In this document: positions 20,387 through 31,037 of the stretch, in pieces | How positions within the stretch are numbered: the stretch's first letter is position 1 | Layout: each line of letters begins with the position of its first letter | IMG/VR virus record: IMGVR_UViG_2595698880_000001 | Span: 17,657-81,656 of that record | Origin: a virus | Lineage: Duplodnaviria > Caudoviricetes | Strand: one strand, 5' to 3' | Length of the DNA stretch: 64,000 nt | Notes under the pieces: generated by a model | Databases searched by the model: none | Told to the model about the DNA's origin: nothing | The model's input: only the letters and a program-made list of their open reading frames with translations | Position numbers and translations under genes: made by a program

Positions 20387-23300
20387 ATGGTTGAACGCTT
20401 AAAACAAACAATCAGACATCCTAAGATGGAAGTGTTAGTGGATTTTAAAGGTTTGGGCCTGAACAGAATCAATGAGTGGGAAAATATCACTGATTATGTC
20501 CTAGATATTTCAGGTAGTAAGGAGAAAGCTACAGAATCAGTCGGTGGTGTTACTAGTGATATTGTTACATTTGCAACAGATAACAAAGGTAATGTATTTT
20601 CAAATACTAATCCTAAAAGCCCTTTTTATCAAAAAGTAAAATCGAATGTTGACTTTGTTCTCAAGACAGGATTTAAAGGTGAAGAGTTAAAAATTTATGC
20701 TGCTGGTATTATCACAAAATTCGCTCCTTCGTGGAATGACAAGAAATACAATGTAAGTGCTGAAGATTATTTTTATTTGCTGAAAAATACTGATGCTCCT
20801 AAAACAGCTTACCAGGATGTTTCATTAGATGAACTAGTGCATATCCTTTTAGATGCAGCTGAAATTCCTTCACAAATTAAGCGGATCATACCGAAAACTG
20901 AATTCAACTTTCAGTATTTTAAATTTGAAGAAGCTAATTGTTTTGATGCCCTGAAGAAATTAATGGAGATTTCCGTTGGTCAGGCATACTTTGAGGGGCT
21001 TAATTTTGTATTTGAAACAAAGTTAGCACTTGATTATGAATTAGATTTGACTGTAAAACACACAATTGAAGAGGATGACATCTTTACCTTTGACGAAACA
21101 ATTGAAGATTCAGATATCGTAAATGCTGTTTCGATTATTTCTGATCCTAAGACGATCTTTCCAAAAGAGCTTGTATTTCAAACTCCTGAAAATATCGTAC
21201 AGGTAAATGAAGAACCTATTACGTTTGGTGATGGTAGTTCGTTCTTTATTGACAATACTCATTTGCCAATCATCAACAATACTGAAAATCCTATTTCGGT
21301 AAAGAATTTAACTCAAGGCCGTACGATTAATATTCTTACTGTAGATAAAAATACAGGTAAAATCACAATCGCTCCTGAAAGTTTAGCTTATGTAGCAAAA
21401 GGTGACTTGTTAGTTGTTTCTTATTCTTATCAGCAACTAGTTTTACTTCCAGGCCAATCACGTACTTATTCACTTAGCTTATCAGGTGAGGTACACGCTC
21501 TTACAGACGTTGATGTAGCTGTTTGGGATGCAACAGGGCAATTACCTAGAGATTATTCAACAACGCCAAATAAAGCAAATACAGTATCTCTAAACCAATT
21601 CAACTTCAATCAAACTTCAGGTTTGGTTACTGTTGTTTTAAAGAACAACTATAATGAAGGTATCACAATTTCTACGCTGCAATTACGTGGTAATCCAATT
21701 AAAAGTGCTAATCCATTAGAAATTTACGTTCGTGATCTTCCTTCTATTAACGAATATAAAAAGCAAGAAATACAAATCGCTAACAATTACTTCACGAATA
21801 CGAAGTTAGCTCAAAAAATTGCACAATACATTGTAGACAATCGTTCTCAACCTAGAAAGAAAATCGGCGTTGATATGGATGGTTACACTGAATTAGAACT
21901 TAATGATATCGCAAAGGTAATTGAAAATGAAAGCGGAACAAACCATACGTTCTACGCTGATCGTATCGATTATTCTTTTTCTGCTGATGGTGGGTGGACT
22001 GCTAAAGTTACATTTACTCAAACTGAAACTGAACAATGGGTGTATGAATCATTCAAAGGTGAATCATGGGAGAAAACAAATCCTGGAAATCCTATCGATG
22101 ACTTCATTTTCGATATCAATGCAAATATGATTAAGAATGGTGGAGCTGAACTTCATACTGGAATTGCTGATTATGTAGATGCTGGTGCAATTGGTTCTGC
22201 TCATTATGTTCCGGACTATTGGAGATTCACACGTTCAACAGGAAATGCTTCAGCTAGGATTCGTACCGGCGGTGAATTAGCTTTACATGCGGATCAGTCT
22301 TTCGAAATCTCAGCATCAAATAGCGGTTCAGGTTATTATGAACAAACTATCGAAGGTGTTGTTCCTTCTAAGACACATTCAGCTTCTTTTATAGCACGTT
22401 TAGATGGGTGTACCGGCGTCTTTATCGTTGAGCAATACGCTAACACTAGTTTAATCAAAACGCTTTCATATGACCTTCCTGAAGGCTTAAAAGAATATGA
22501 ATTCCAATTCGCTTCTGAACCTACAGCAACTTCTTTTATTGTCAAGTTTAAAAAGAAAGCTGGTACAAAAGGTTCTGAATCAATGATCTTTGACAAAGTA
22601 AAAGTTGAAGAAGCCGACAAAGCTAGTTTGTATTTAGAAGCTAATGAAACTCAAAGTGTTCAAGCTGGACAAAAGTATGATAATTCAGTTATAATCGGTA
22701 ATAACTACGGTGTATCGGTTTATGATGCTAATAATTCTCAACGTGTTCGCATGGGCCAATATGCACCAGGAAAGTACGGTATGCGTATTGACAATGGAGC
22801 ACTTGAAATTGTTAACGGATTATTATATGAACAACTAGCTAATGATGTAGGTAAAAAGTTAGACATCAGCGCAAATAACGCTATAACAAGTTTAGCTATG
22901 AGTATGTCAGGTCTTGATGGTGATTTAGATACAGTTTCAGGTATCGTCAATAGTCATACAAGCCTTATCCAGCAGAACTCTGAACAGATACAATTAAGAG
23001 TTTTATCGTCAACATACAAAACGGATAAGGATGGAATATTGAAACGTCTTTCTGACAATGAAACGGCTATCAGTCAAACGGCCCACGATATCACCTTACT
23101 TGCTACTAAAGACTCTTTAGATGAATTAGGTAACGTTGTTGAATCAAATACAGCAGCAATCAATGTCAATGCTACTGCTATTACTCAACGTGTAACAACA
23201 TCAACTTTCAATCAGGCCATTACTGATACTAAAGCTTATGCTGATTCTGCTGCTACTTCTAAAGCAAATACCGCTGAAAGTAATGCTAAAGCTGCTTCAG

Positions 23301-26299
23301 AAAAGAATATTCACATTGGCAATACTTCGCCAACCGACACAACGAGAAAATGGTTAGATACAAATACAACCATTCCGATCTTGAAGTATTATACAGGTGG
23401 AACATGGAAAAAGTTAATTCCTACAGCTGCTTCAGATATTGGCGCTGAAACTCCATCAGGAGCACAAACTAAAGCAACAACAGCGGAAACAAACGCTAAA
23501 AAGTATATGGATTCAGTGAATGCAACAATTCAAGATCAATTCACGGCCCAATCATCAAGCATTACTCAACTTTCGAACAGAATAGATAGTAAAGTTGAAT
23601 CAACAACTTACACTCAAGGTATCGCTGATGCTAAAACTTACGCTGATGGTAAAGCTTCTACAGCTGAATCAAACGCAAAAGGATACGCCGATACTAAAGA
23701 TACCGCAACTTTAAATAGCGCTAAAGGTTATGCAGATACTAAAGATGCTGTTATCGTCGAAAGAGTAGAAACGAATTCATCTTTAATTAGTCAACAAGCG
23801 GATAAAATTTTATCTATGGTTACTAAAACCGAATTCAATAGCTTGAAAATCGGTGGTCAGAATAAAGTAACTGGAACTGATTTTAAAAACGCTGTAGGAT
23901 GGACTAGATGGAATGTTGGTACACTTTCATTTGCTCAAGCTGATTCTAGTATGCCTAAAAATTATCTGAAAGTAGAAACAAAAGATGGATCAGGTAACAA
24001 TTTAACTGTAGCAAGCGGTCAAGCGATAGGTTTACAACATAGTGGACGAACTTTCAGGGTAATCGCTGGTCAAACTTATACAGCTTCTATGATAGTTGCT
24101 ACTAGTGAATTAGGCGGTATGTTGGATTATCTTTATGTAATTCACAAAGATGGTCAAGGTAACAAGAGATTAACCAACGTTGATACAACTAATTTCGTAA
24201 CTGTTCATCCTGCTTATAGTGGTGCTCCTTCAACTTATGATTTCAGAATGGTTTACTTCACATTTACAGCAGCACGTACAGATGATGTTTACTTGTTAAT
24301 CGGCGGTACAACTAAACGTGACTTGGGTTCTACTGCTTATGCCTGGATTCGTTTATACGATTTCAAAGTAGAAGATGGTGATAAAGCTACTGCTTGGACT
24401 CCTTCAACAGAAGATGTTAAACAAGATATCAACACACTTTCTACTCAAATCAGTCAAACAGCTGAAGATATCTCATTGAATGTTGTTAAAAATAACAAAG
24501 TATTGACAGCTATCAACGCTTCAGCAGAAGGCGTTAAAATCAAAGCTGATCGTTTAGATATCACTGGATTAGTTACCTTCAACGTACTAAATAACGATAT
24601 GCAATCAAGAATTTCTAATGCAGATCAAGCTTATGCTGATACTGTTAGATGGAAATTACCAAATACAACTTTAATCAATGGTGGTTTAATTGCTGCTGAT
24701 ACAGTTACAGCTAGTCAGATTTTAGTTGGATCGTGGGAAAACCTTTACCAAAACGGCGGTTTCGAAAAGAAAGATGCTGGATGGAAAAATGCTTCTGTTT
24801 GGTCAGTAGTTTCAACAGCTCCTTACAATGGAACGTATCACGCTGAAGGAACTTGGGGTAGTAGCGGTGCTGTTTCTTACTATGATGACCGCGAAATTGA
24901 TGTCAGACCAGGAGAAAAATATTACTTCGAAGGTTATTTCCGTACAAAAACTTCTACTACAACGAAAGCTAGAACTATCCTGGTGAGATTTAAAGATAAA
25001 ACAGGATCTTATTCTTACAATATCGTTGAAGAAACGTTATCTACTTCTTGGCAAAAGTTTTCTTATGTTGTAGATATTCCTTCTGATTGTGTATCGATGA
25101 CTATAGGTTTATCTGTAAAAGGCGGTATGCCTTCAGGAAATTCAACATATGCAGATAACTTATTCTGTAAGCGAATGACAGACGGTTCTTTGATTGTCGA
25201 TGGAACAATTACAGCTAGTATGATTAAATCATTAAATGGTTTAAATATTGGTAGCGGTCAGTTTACAGTAGATGGATCAGGCAACGTAATTATTGGTGGT
25301 GGAGCAACTTTAAGGGCCGCTAAGTTTGAAGGTCTAAGAGGTAACACAATTTCATTTGGCGATCACGGTGCTAAAATTGATACTTCTATCGCTGGAACAA
25401 TCAAACGTACACGTTTTGCTGGAAATGATACAAACTACCTAGCTATTGATGACGATGGTACTTTCAACTTTGTTATGAACGGTGACTTCAACCCTAAATT
25501 TTATATCGCTAATGGTGGACACAAAGGATTGAAATTAGGGATGGGCCAAATCATCGGCCTGACTGATGGTGAAGCTATTCACGTTCGTAACGGCGCTAAC
25601 TCTGATTATGGTAAGTTTGCTGCTGGTGATGTTGCTGTAACGAAAGAACTTGATGTTTGGGGCAAAGCTAAAATCGGTGGTACTGATTTAACCATTAACG
25701 GTTCTACAGCTGGTATGCTTAAATTGAAAGGTTCTCCATATGCTTACATGGAATTCTACGCTAATGGAACACAAGTTGGTTTCGTTGGTTTAGAACAAGC
25801 TTCAGGTCAGAATAACGTGATGCTTCAGAATAACAACGGCGGCGAAGTATTAATTAAAACCGCTGCAACTCGTGTTAAATTTGACCGATCTGTTGGACAA
25901 GTTGTTTTTAAAGATCAGAATGATAATGGTTACATTAGCCTAATCGCTAAAGATTTCGTTCCTGGATCATTAAGAGAACTAAAGAAAGATATCACACCTT
26001 TCGAAAAAACTTCAACAGGAAGAACAGTTTTGGAAGAGATTTGCAGCACAACAGTATTTAATTATCGTTACAAAGAAGAAAATAGTGAAATCGATCCGCT
26101 AAGAATGGGTTTGATTTATGATTCTGCTCCTTATGAAGTAATTGATCCGCGCGGTCAAGGTATTAATTTGTACGGTTTAGCTACAATGTCTTTCCAGGGT
26201 GTAAAGGAATTGAACATTAAGTTAGAAGAAAGAGTTTCTGAATTAGAAATGACTATTGACTCCTTGAGTGCTAGAATAGCTATTTTGGAAACAAAGTAA
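20387..26299 (+). CDS. tail tip/central fibre protein with CBM-like domains and C-terminal peptidase S74 chaperone
   Basis: 1970 aa; hub-like N-terminus, AKAYAD coiled repeats, SLRELKKDI...MGLI..INLYG S74 motif. Confidence 0.85.
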   Translation: MVERLKQTIRHPKMEVLVDFKGLGLNRINEWENITDYVLDISGSKEKATESVGGVTSDIVTFATDNKGNVFSNTNPKSPFYQKVKSNVDFVLKTGFKGEELKIYAAGIITKFAPSWNDKKYNVSAEDYFYLLKNTDAPKTAYQDVSLDELVHILLDAAEIPSQIKRIIPKTEFNFQYFKFEEANCFDALKKLMEISVGQAYFEGLNFVFETKLALDYELDLTVKHTIEEDDIFTFDETIEDSDIVNAVSIISDPKTIFPKELVFQTPENIVQVNEEPITFGDGSSFFIDNTHLPIINNTENPISVKNLTQGRTINILTVDKNTGKITIAPESLAYVAKGDLLVVSYSYQQLVLLPGQSRTYSLSLSGEVHALTDVDVAVWDATGQLPRDYSTTPNKANTVSLNQFNFNQTSGLVTVVLKNNYNEGITISTLQLRGNPIKSANPLEIYVRDLPSINEYKKQEIQIANNYFTNTKLAQKIAQYIVDNRSQPRKKIGVDMDGYTELELNDIAKVIENESGTNHTFYADRIDYSFSADGGWTAKVTFTQTETEQWVYESFKGESWEKTNPGNPIDDFIFDINANMIKNGGAELHTGIADYVDAGAIGSAHYVPDYWRFTRSTGNASARIRTGGELALHADQSFEISASNSGSGYYEQTIEGVVPSKTHSASFIARLDGCTGVFIVEQYANTSLIKTLSYDLPEGLKEYEFQFASEPTATSFIVKFKKKAGTKGSESMIFDKVKVEEADKASLYLEANETQSVQAGQKYDNSVIIGNNYGVSVYDANNSQRVRMGQYAPGKYGMRIDNGALEIVNGLLYEQLANDVGKKLDISANNAITSLAMSMSGLDGDLDTVSGIVNSHTSLIQQNSEQIQLRVLSSTYKTDKDGILKRLSDNETAISQTAHDITLLATKDSLDELGNVVESNTAAINVNATAITQRVTTSTFNQAITDTKAYADSAATSKANTAESNAKAASEKNIHIGNTSPTDTTRKWLDTNTTIPILKYYTGGTWKKLIPTAASDIGAETPSGAQTKATTAETNAKKYMDSVNATIQDQFTAQSSSITQLSNRIDSKVESTTYTQGIADAKTYADGKASTAESNAKGYADTKDTATLNSAKGYADTKDAVIVERVETNSSLISQQADKILSMVTKTEFNSLKIGGQNKVTGTDFKNAVGWTRWNVGTLSFAQADSSMPKNYLKVETKDGSGNNLTVASGQAIGLQHSGRTFRVIAGQTYTASMIVATSELGGMLDYLYVIHKDGQGNKRLTNVDTTNFVTVHPAYSGAPSTYDFRMVYFTFTAARTDDVYLLIGGTTKRDLGSTAYAWIRLYDFKVEDGDKATAWTPSTEDVKQDINTLSTQISQTAEDISLNVVKNNKVLTAINASAEGVKIKADRLDITGLVTFNVLNNDMQSRISNADQAYADTVRWKLPNTTLINGGLIAADTVTASQILVGSWENLYQNGGFEKKDAGWKNASVWSVVSTAPYNGTYHAEGTWGSSGAVSYYDDREIDVRPGEKYYFEGYFRTKTSTTTKARTILVRFKDKTGSYSYNIVEETLSTSWQKFSYVVDIPSDCVSMTIGLSVKGGMPSGNSTYADNLFCKRMTDGSLIVDGTITASMIKSLNGLNIGSGQFTVDGSGNVIIGGGATLRAAKFEGLRGNTISFGDHGAKIDTSIAGTIKRTRFAGNDTNYLAIDDDGTFNFVMNGDFNPKFYIANGGHKGLKLGMGQIIGLTDGEAIHVRNGANSDYGKFAAGDVAVTKELDVWGKAKIGGTDLTINGSTAGMLKLKGSPYAYMEFYANGTQVGFVGLEQASGQNNVMLQNNNGGEVLIKTAATRVKFDRSVGQVVFKDQNDNGYISLIAKDFVPGSLRELKKDITPFEKTSTGRTVLEEICSTTVFNYRYKEENSEIDPLRMGLIYDSAPYEVIDPRGQGINLYGLATMSFQGVKELNIKLEERVSELEMTIDSLSARIAILETK

Positions 26300-26312
26300 A
26301 TAATAGGAATAA

Positions 26313-26348
26313 AATGGAGTGGTTTTTATGACCATTCCTTTCTTTTTT
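26313..26348 (+). terminator. intrinsic terminator
   Basis: GGAGTGGT-ttttatg-ACCATTCC + T-rich tail. Confidence 0.7.
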
Positions 26349-26412
26349 GTGAGATTTTGTATTTTGTTATATGTATTAATGTTACATGAGACAAAATTAG
26401 GAGGTGCTAGGA

Positions 26413-26592
26413 ATGGACAAGCAACAATTACAACCTACATTCGAAGATGTGGTTAAAGAGCTAAAGGCTAGAATCGGTGATTTAGAAGTGGAAAAAGCTA
26501 TTGCTGTTAGTGCGAACGCTAAAAAAGATGTTTATATCGCTGAATTAGAAGCTAAATTACCTCAAGAAGAACCGAAAGAAGAAGGAAAATAA
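26413..26592 (+). CDS. small coiled-coil protein
   Basis: RBS AGGAGGTG; heptad pattern. Confidence 0.6.
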   Translation: MDKQQLQPTFEDVVKELKARIGDLEVEKAIAVSANAKKDVYIAELEAKLPQEEPKEEGK

Positions 26593-26605
26593 GGAGTGAA
26601 AACGA

Positions 26606-27052
26606 ATGGTTTCTGAAATCACTAAGACCGCTTCAGAATTAGCCGGTTCACAGTTTGTTTTCGGAATCCTTTTTATCCTTCTTTTGGTTGCTGTTTTGTG
26701 GAGTGTTCATAAAGCTTTTACTCAAGTGCAACAGAATAATATCGCTCAAGCAAATAAGATGGACGATATGCACTTGCAGCGACAAGCACAACTGATGGAA
26801 ATATTACAAGAGAACAAGTCCGAAAGCAAAGAACGTGAAGAAAAGTTGTACGCAGAACGCGAAAAGCTAGTTCTAACAATTGACCGTTATAATGACCAAT
26901 TAGAAGCAATTAGCGACACTCAAGCAAATACAAATGAAACTCTTAACAAAATGCAAGACAACCTTGAGAATCTTCAGTCAAATTTTACTGAAATGAATTA
27001 CAGCGTGAGAGTTTTGAATGATCGTGTTGATCGTATTGAAAGAAAAAATTAA
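26606..27052 (+). CDS. BhlA/UviB-like holin-like protein
   Basis: SQFVFGILFILLLVAVLW TM followed by coiled coil; precedes endolysin. Confidence 0.6.
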   Translation: MVSEITKTASELAGSQFVFGILFILLLVAVLWSVHKAFTQVQQNNIAQANKMDDMHLQRQAQLMEILQENKSESKEREEKLYAEREKLVLTIDRYNDQLEAISDTQANTNETLNKMQDNLENLQSNFTEMNYSVRVLNDRVDRIERKN

Positions 27053-27067
27053 TTAGGAGTGGTAAGT

Positions 27068-28246
27068 GTGGCTTATACATTAGACGATTTACTAAAGAAA
27101 GCACAACCTAAATTAGAGGGAGTTCATCCATCGGTTCAGGCATGTGCGCTACAATTGATTACTAAAGCTTATGCTAAAGGTTATAAATTGATTATCACAC
27201 AAGGATTACGTACAATCTACGAACAAAATAAGTTATATGCAAAAGGACGTACAACGGCACAATTACGAGCTGTTGGTATTAGCGGAATCGCTGGTAATCC
27301 TTCAGCTGCTATCGTTACTCGTGCAAAAGGTGGTACTTCTTATCATAACTACGGTTTGGCGTTTGATATCGGAATTTTACGAACTGATGAAAAAGATGTT
27401 GATTGGACTGATTCAAAATACCGTCCTATCGGTGCTTTAGGTAAGGAATTAGGCTTAGAATGGGGTGGAGATTTCAAGTCAATTAAAGATACTCCACATT
27501 ATCAGTTATCTTTCGGCCTTTCTATTGCTGATTTACAAGCAGGAAAACGTCCTAAAAACTCAACTGTATCTGTTCATCCAGGAGTTCAAGTTGTTAAGAT
27601 GGGTTCTGAAGGTTCACTAGTAAAAGAAGTCCAACAAAAACTTAACAAATTAGGTTTTGATTGTGGTGATCCGGATGGTATTGCTGGTAAGAAAACTGTA
27701 GCTGCTATTGAAGACTTCCAGGCTAAATTTGGTCTTTCTAAAGACGGTATCGCTGGACGTGATACTTTAGCTAAATTAAACCAATTAGCTGCTGAAAAAA
27801 CTGAAGAAGTTAAAAAAGAAGCAGAAAAGAAAGACTTACCTAAAGTTGAATCTTTCGGCGGTACACCAATTCGTGTAACTACTATCACTGATGCAGGAGT
27901 TTATCGTCACGCTGATATCTCTGACAAACATCGTACGATTAAAAAAGGAACAACTTTTAGAGTATACGGAAACACTTATGCAGCATGGGCCGTTAATGAT
28001 GGTTTCGTTCAAATGAAAGATGTTGAACCTCAAGCAATGACTATTCATACCGGCGGCGTTAATATTGCTATGCAAACTGAATTGAAGCGTTTTATGTCAG
28101 GTCTTAACAAAGATACTGTATTAATCTTCAAATCAGAAGGTGGAAATCCTTACGCTGAAATTACCGCTAAAGGTTTAGTATTAGTTGAAATCCTTCGTTA
28201 CTTGAAAGCTAACAAATGGTATTACAAAGAAGCTCCAAAAGCTTAA
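27068..28246 (+). CDS. endolysin: M15 L-Ala-D-Glu peptidase + PG-binding domain + C-terminal cell-wall-binding region
   Basis: SYHNYGLAFD and WGGDF..DTPHYQ zinc motifs; DGIAG...FQ...L..DGIAG PG_binding_1 pattern. Confidence 0.9.
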   Translation: MAYTLDDLLKKAQPKLEGVHPSVQACALQLITKAYAKGYKLIITQGLRTIYEQNKLYAKGRTTAQLRAVGISGIAGNPSAAIVTRAKGGTSYHNYGLAFDIGILRTDEKDVDWTDSKYRPIGALGKELGLEWGGDFKSIKDTPHYQLSFGLSIADLQAGKRPKNSTVSVHPGVQVVKMGSEGSLVKEVQQKLNKLGFDCGDPDGIAGKKTVAAIEDFQAKFGLSKDGIAGRDTLAKLNQLAAEKTEEVKKEAEKKDLPKVESFGGTPIRVTTITDAGVYRHADISDKHRTIKKGTTFRVYGNTYAAWAVNDGFVQMKDVEPQAMTIHTGGVNIAMQTELKRFMSGLNKDTVLIFKSEGGNPYAEITAKGLVLVEILRYLKANKWYYKEAPKA

Positions 28247-28265
28247 TTTTTAGGAGGTGAACAAA

Positions 28266-28526
28266 ATGGACAAAGGTACTTTGATTCGTACGGTGTTGCT
28301 AGTTGTGGCCTTGATTAACCAAACGTTAATTATGGTAGGTAAACCTGTTTTACCTGTAGATGAACACCAATTAACTAACTTGATCGATAACGCTTATTTA
28401 TGGGGATCGACGGTTTATTCAATCGTTATGATCCTGGTAGCATGGTATCGAAACAACTTCATCACTAAGAAAGGTAAGGCCCAAAAAGAAGTTCTAAAGA
28501 AACACGGTCTTACTAAAGCAAAATAA
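28266..28526 (+). CDS. holin (SPP1 family)
   Basis: MDKGTLIRTVLLVVALINQ...AWYRNNFITKKGKAQKEVL. Confidence 0.9.
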   Translation: MDKGTLIRTVLLVVALINQTLIMVGKPVLPVDEHQLTNLIDNAYLWGSTVYSIVMILVAWYRNNFITKKGKAQKEVLKKHGLTKAK

Positions 28527-28560
28527 AAAGGAGGGCATAATAGCCTTCCTTCTTTTTTTT
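28526..28560. terminator. bidirectional terminator between late and replication arms
   Basis: AAAAGGAGGGC-ataata-GCCTTCCTT + T-run at the convergence point. Confidence 0.8.
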
Positions 28561-29104
28561 ATATCTTGACAAACTTATTGTACCCAACTTGTGGAAAGAT
28601 ATGATATTCAATTTTATTCGCTTCGATCATTTCTGCCAAAAATCCACCTATATCATTTTCGATAACATTGCAATATCCATCTTTTAGAAAATTATCGAAC
28701 ATTTTATCAGCTACTAATTTCTTACGTTTGACTTCCATTTCTTCTCTTCTCATTAAAAAATAAGCAGCAGCATGTCCACTTAATTTAATTCCTTGATCCG
28801 TGTGTTCCACTTCAGGAGCTTCGAACTTCTTCTTTTTGAATTCTTCGATGTTGGCTTGCAATTGATACAGTTCATCTTGTAAAAATTCAGGTTCAAGGCC
28901 AAAAACTGCTGCAATTTTGATACAATCTACAGCGGAAACGTTCACAGCTTCGAAAAGGTCTTCAGATGAACGATTACGTATTTGAGGGTAATTGCATTCA
29001 GTTATGGTAAAAAGTCCATTAGATTGTAATTTGAAGCTTAAAAATTTTTCCTTAATCACTCTATTAATGTAAGCACCTGGAAAAGTTGTAATTCTTTTGT
29101 TCAT
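28559..29104 (-). CDS. hypothetical protein
   Basis: 181 aa, RBS AGGGGG. Confidence 0.6.
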   Translation of the reverse strand: MNKRITTFPGAYINRVIKEKFLSFKLQSNGLFTITECNYPQIRNRSSEDLFEAVNVSAVDCIKIAAVFGLEPEFLQDELYQLQANIEEFKKKKFEAPEVEHTDQGIKLSGHAAAYFLMRREEMEVKRKKLVADKMFDNFLKDGYCNVIENDIGGFLAEMIEANKIEYHIFPQVGYNKFVKI

Positions 29105-29126
29105 TTGTAAATTCCCCCTATAAATT

Positions 29127-29297
29127 TTATAAAGCTAATGCTTGTCCTGCTGTAATTTTCTTCAAATGTTTAAGAACCAATTCTGTAACCTCTAAATATT
29201 CTTTGTCACCAAAAATTTTGAATAATTCCATGTAGTCGTTATAAACATCCAAAAGCCCATCAATGATTTCTTTCCTTGACAATTCTTTTTGTTCCAT
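29127..29297 (-). CDS. small hypothetical protein (56 aa, not in ORF track)
   Basis: RBS AGGAGG; MEQKELSRKEIIDGLL...QALAL. Confidence 0.65.
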   Translation of the reverse strand: MEQKELSRKEIIDGLLDVYNDYMELFKIFGDKEYLEVTELVLKHLKKITAGQALAL

Positions 29298-29329
29298 TAT
29301 AACTACCTCCTATTCAATTGGTTAACCTT

Positions 29330-29358
29330 ATTATAAATGGTAAATTCCTATAAGTCAA
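29330..29358 (-). promoter_or_regulatory. sigma-A promoter containing operator half-site
   Basis: TTGACT-17-TATAAT with ACTTATAGGAA overlapping the -35 and spacer. Confidence 0.8.
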
Positions 29359-29862
29359 TTATAATTTTGGTAAATATTCATTTTGAACTAGCCAATGAAT
29401 GCCTATACCGACGGAATCACTGGCATCGTCAGTTAAGAAATTCAATTCTTTGTTTTTGTGCCAAATTCTTTTGCTGTATTTTTTTACTTCATTTTCAACA
29501 TCTTCTTTACTTGCCGATCCGTTTCCAGTGAAATCTTTTTTGAACGACTTATTATTCAACTCTTCTACTTCGGAAAAGGCAAATACTTTGTTAGTTATAC
29601 CATGAACCAACGCTAATTTATATCCTGATAGTCCAGCTTGATTAACCCATTCTTCCTTTACAACTTTATGAGGAAAATAATTTTGCCTTAACGTAGACAG
29701 AAACATTTCTAAGTGAATAAGCTTCTTTCCTTCATCTTTTGTTTCGAAATGGTTATTGTTAATATGTCCATAATTCAAAAGTTTCGGCTTATTTCTAATG
29801 TCGAAAATAGCATATCCGTACGAATTTAATGATGGATCAAGACAAATCAAAAACATCTTCAT
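29359..29862 (-). CDS. ruvC: RuvC-like Holliday junction resolvase
   Basis: LDPSLNSYGYA, VVKE, TGNGSASKEDV, DDASDSVGI motifs. Confidence 0.85.
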   Translation of the reverse strand: MKMFLICLDPSLNSYGYAIFDIRNKPKLLNYGHINNNHFETKDEGKKLIHLEMFLSTLRQNYFPHKVVKEEWVNQAGLSGYKLALVHGITNKVFAFSEVEELNNKSFKKDFTGNGSASKEDVENEVKKYSKRIWHKNKELNFLTDDASDSVGIGIHWLVQNEYLPKL

Positions 29863-30568
29863 CTACCTCTTTTCTGTTAAAAGGCTTATTCAAACCTTTT
29901 TCTCTTATGAAGTCGTTATAAGTGTCAATAGCTTCTTCTTTCGTTATATAATTACCTAAGAATTTTTTCTTCTTATCGAAAGATATTTCACATTTAAAGA
30001 AAGAACCTATTTGTTTTATCCCTACATCTTTAGTAGTACCTGTGAATTTATCGATTATCTTTCGAATATCTTTTTTATCGCGAAGTTTTTCTTTTGGCAC
30101 GTCATTCAAAAAGGCATATTCACCATATTTTCTTTTAGCGAATAAATTGTAAGCAAAAGCTGCTGATTCTTCTTCATTAAAATAACCTATTGTTTTTGTT
30201 GTTTTTCCTTCAGCTATTTTCGCTATCCAGGTATTTTTTGTTTTACAAAAATGAACACCTTTATATTTAGAAGAAAGAACTTTTATCTTTCGTGTGTTCC
30301 CTTGACTTTGACTTTCACTACATACCCTCAAATTTTCCCTGGTGTTATTCAGGGTATCGTGATCTTCGTGATCTACTATTTTACCTTCAGGAAAATTCAT
30401 TATTTCTCTATGCATCATAACTTTACCTTTAGGAGTATTTCTTACAGCGTAACCATTAGACGTTTCGTGCCAATTATACTGATTCAAATAGTTAAAATCG
30501 CATTCACTAACTTTAACTTCATTTCCGCTACTTAATGTTATAGTTCTATGCATTTCCTTTACCTCCAT
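29837..30568 (-). CDS. HNH-AP2 homing endonuclease
   Basis: MHREIM..VDH.D.DTLNNTRENLR; SKYKGV..WIAKI..GYF..EE.AA.AYN. Confidence 0.9.
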   Translation of the reverse strand: MEVKEMHRTITLSSGNEVKVSECDFNYLNQYNWHETSNGYAVRNTPKGKVMMHREIMNFPEGKIVDHEDHDTLNNTRENLRVCSESQSQGNTRKIKVLSSKYKGVHFCKTKNTWIAKIAEGKTTKTIGYFNEEESAAFAYNLFAKRKYGEYAFLNDVPKEKLRDKKDIRKIIDKFTGTTKDVGIKQIGSFFKCEISFDKKKKFLGNYITKEEAIDTYNDFIREKGLNKPFNRKEVDEDVFDLS

Positions 30569-30632
30569 AATAAAAACACCCTTTCGCATTTTATACAATC
30601 ATTAATACGAAAAGGTGTGACTTTTTTATTGT

Positions 30633-31016
30633 TTATGCTTCTAATAATTCATTCTTCCAGGCTTCACTTTTAAGTGACTCTAACCATTGGTCATCCTTCG
30701 TATCTTGAGCTAAATCAAAGAACAGACTTTGTAAAATGGTTCTTTGTCGCTTGTTCAATTCAACTTCTAAAGGATTAGGTTTACCATGAATGAAATCAAA
30801 TCGATAAAGAGTAACTTCACCTACAGAACCTTTGATCGGATTATCCTTAAAATCACGAATTAATTCATCTGTTTCAAGGTGAAACTTTTTATATACATCA
30901 AAATGAATTCTACCGTTTTCAAAATGAGTAATTACGCCGTGATAATACACTCTCATTTCTTCATCCGTATACTTAACTTCGTTACCTACTTCATAATCAT
31001 TCATTGACCATGCCAT
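30633..31016 (-). CDS. hypothetical protein
   Basis: 127 aa with RBS; C-terminal DLAQDTKDDQWLESL resembles an IDEAL-like tail. Confidence 0.55.
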   Translation of the reverse strand: MAWSMNDYEVGNEVKYTDEEMRVYYHGVITHFENGRIHFDVYKKFHLETDELIRDFKDNPIKGSVGEVTLYRFDFIHGKPNPLEVELNKRQRTILQSLFFDLAQDTKDDQWLESLKSEAWKNELLEA

Positions 31017-31037
31017 AAATGAAACCCCCTTTAAATT

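Noticed and set aside
14303-22950. Antisense ORFs within TMP and tail tip genes
   Set aside because: Shadows of strong codon bias on the coding strand; no RBS or recognisable motifs
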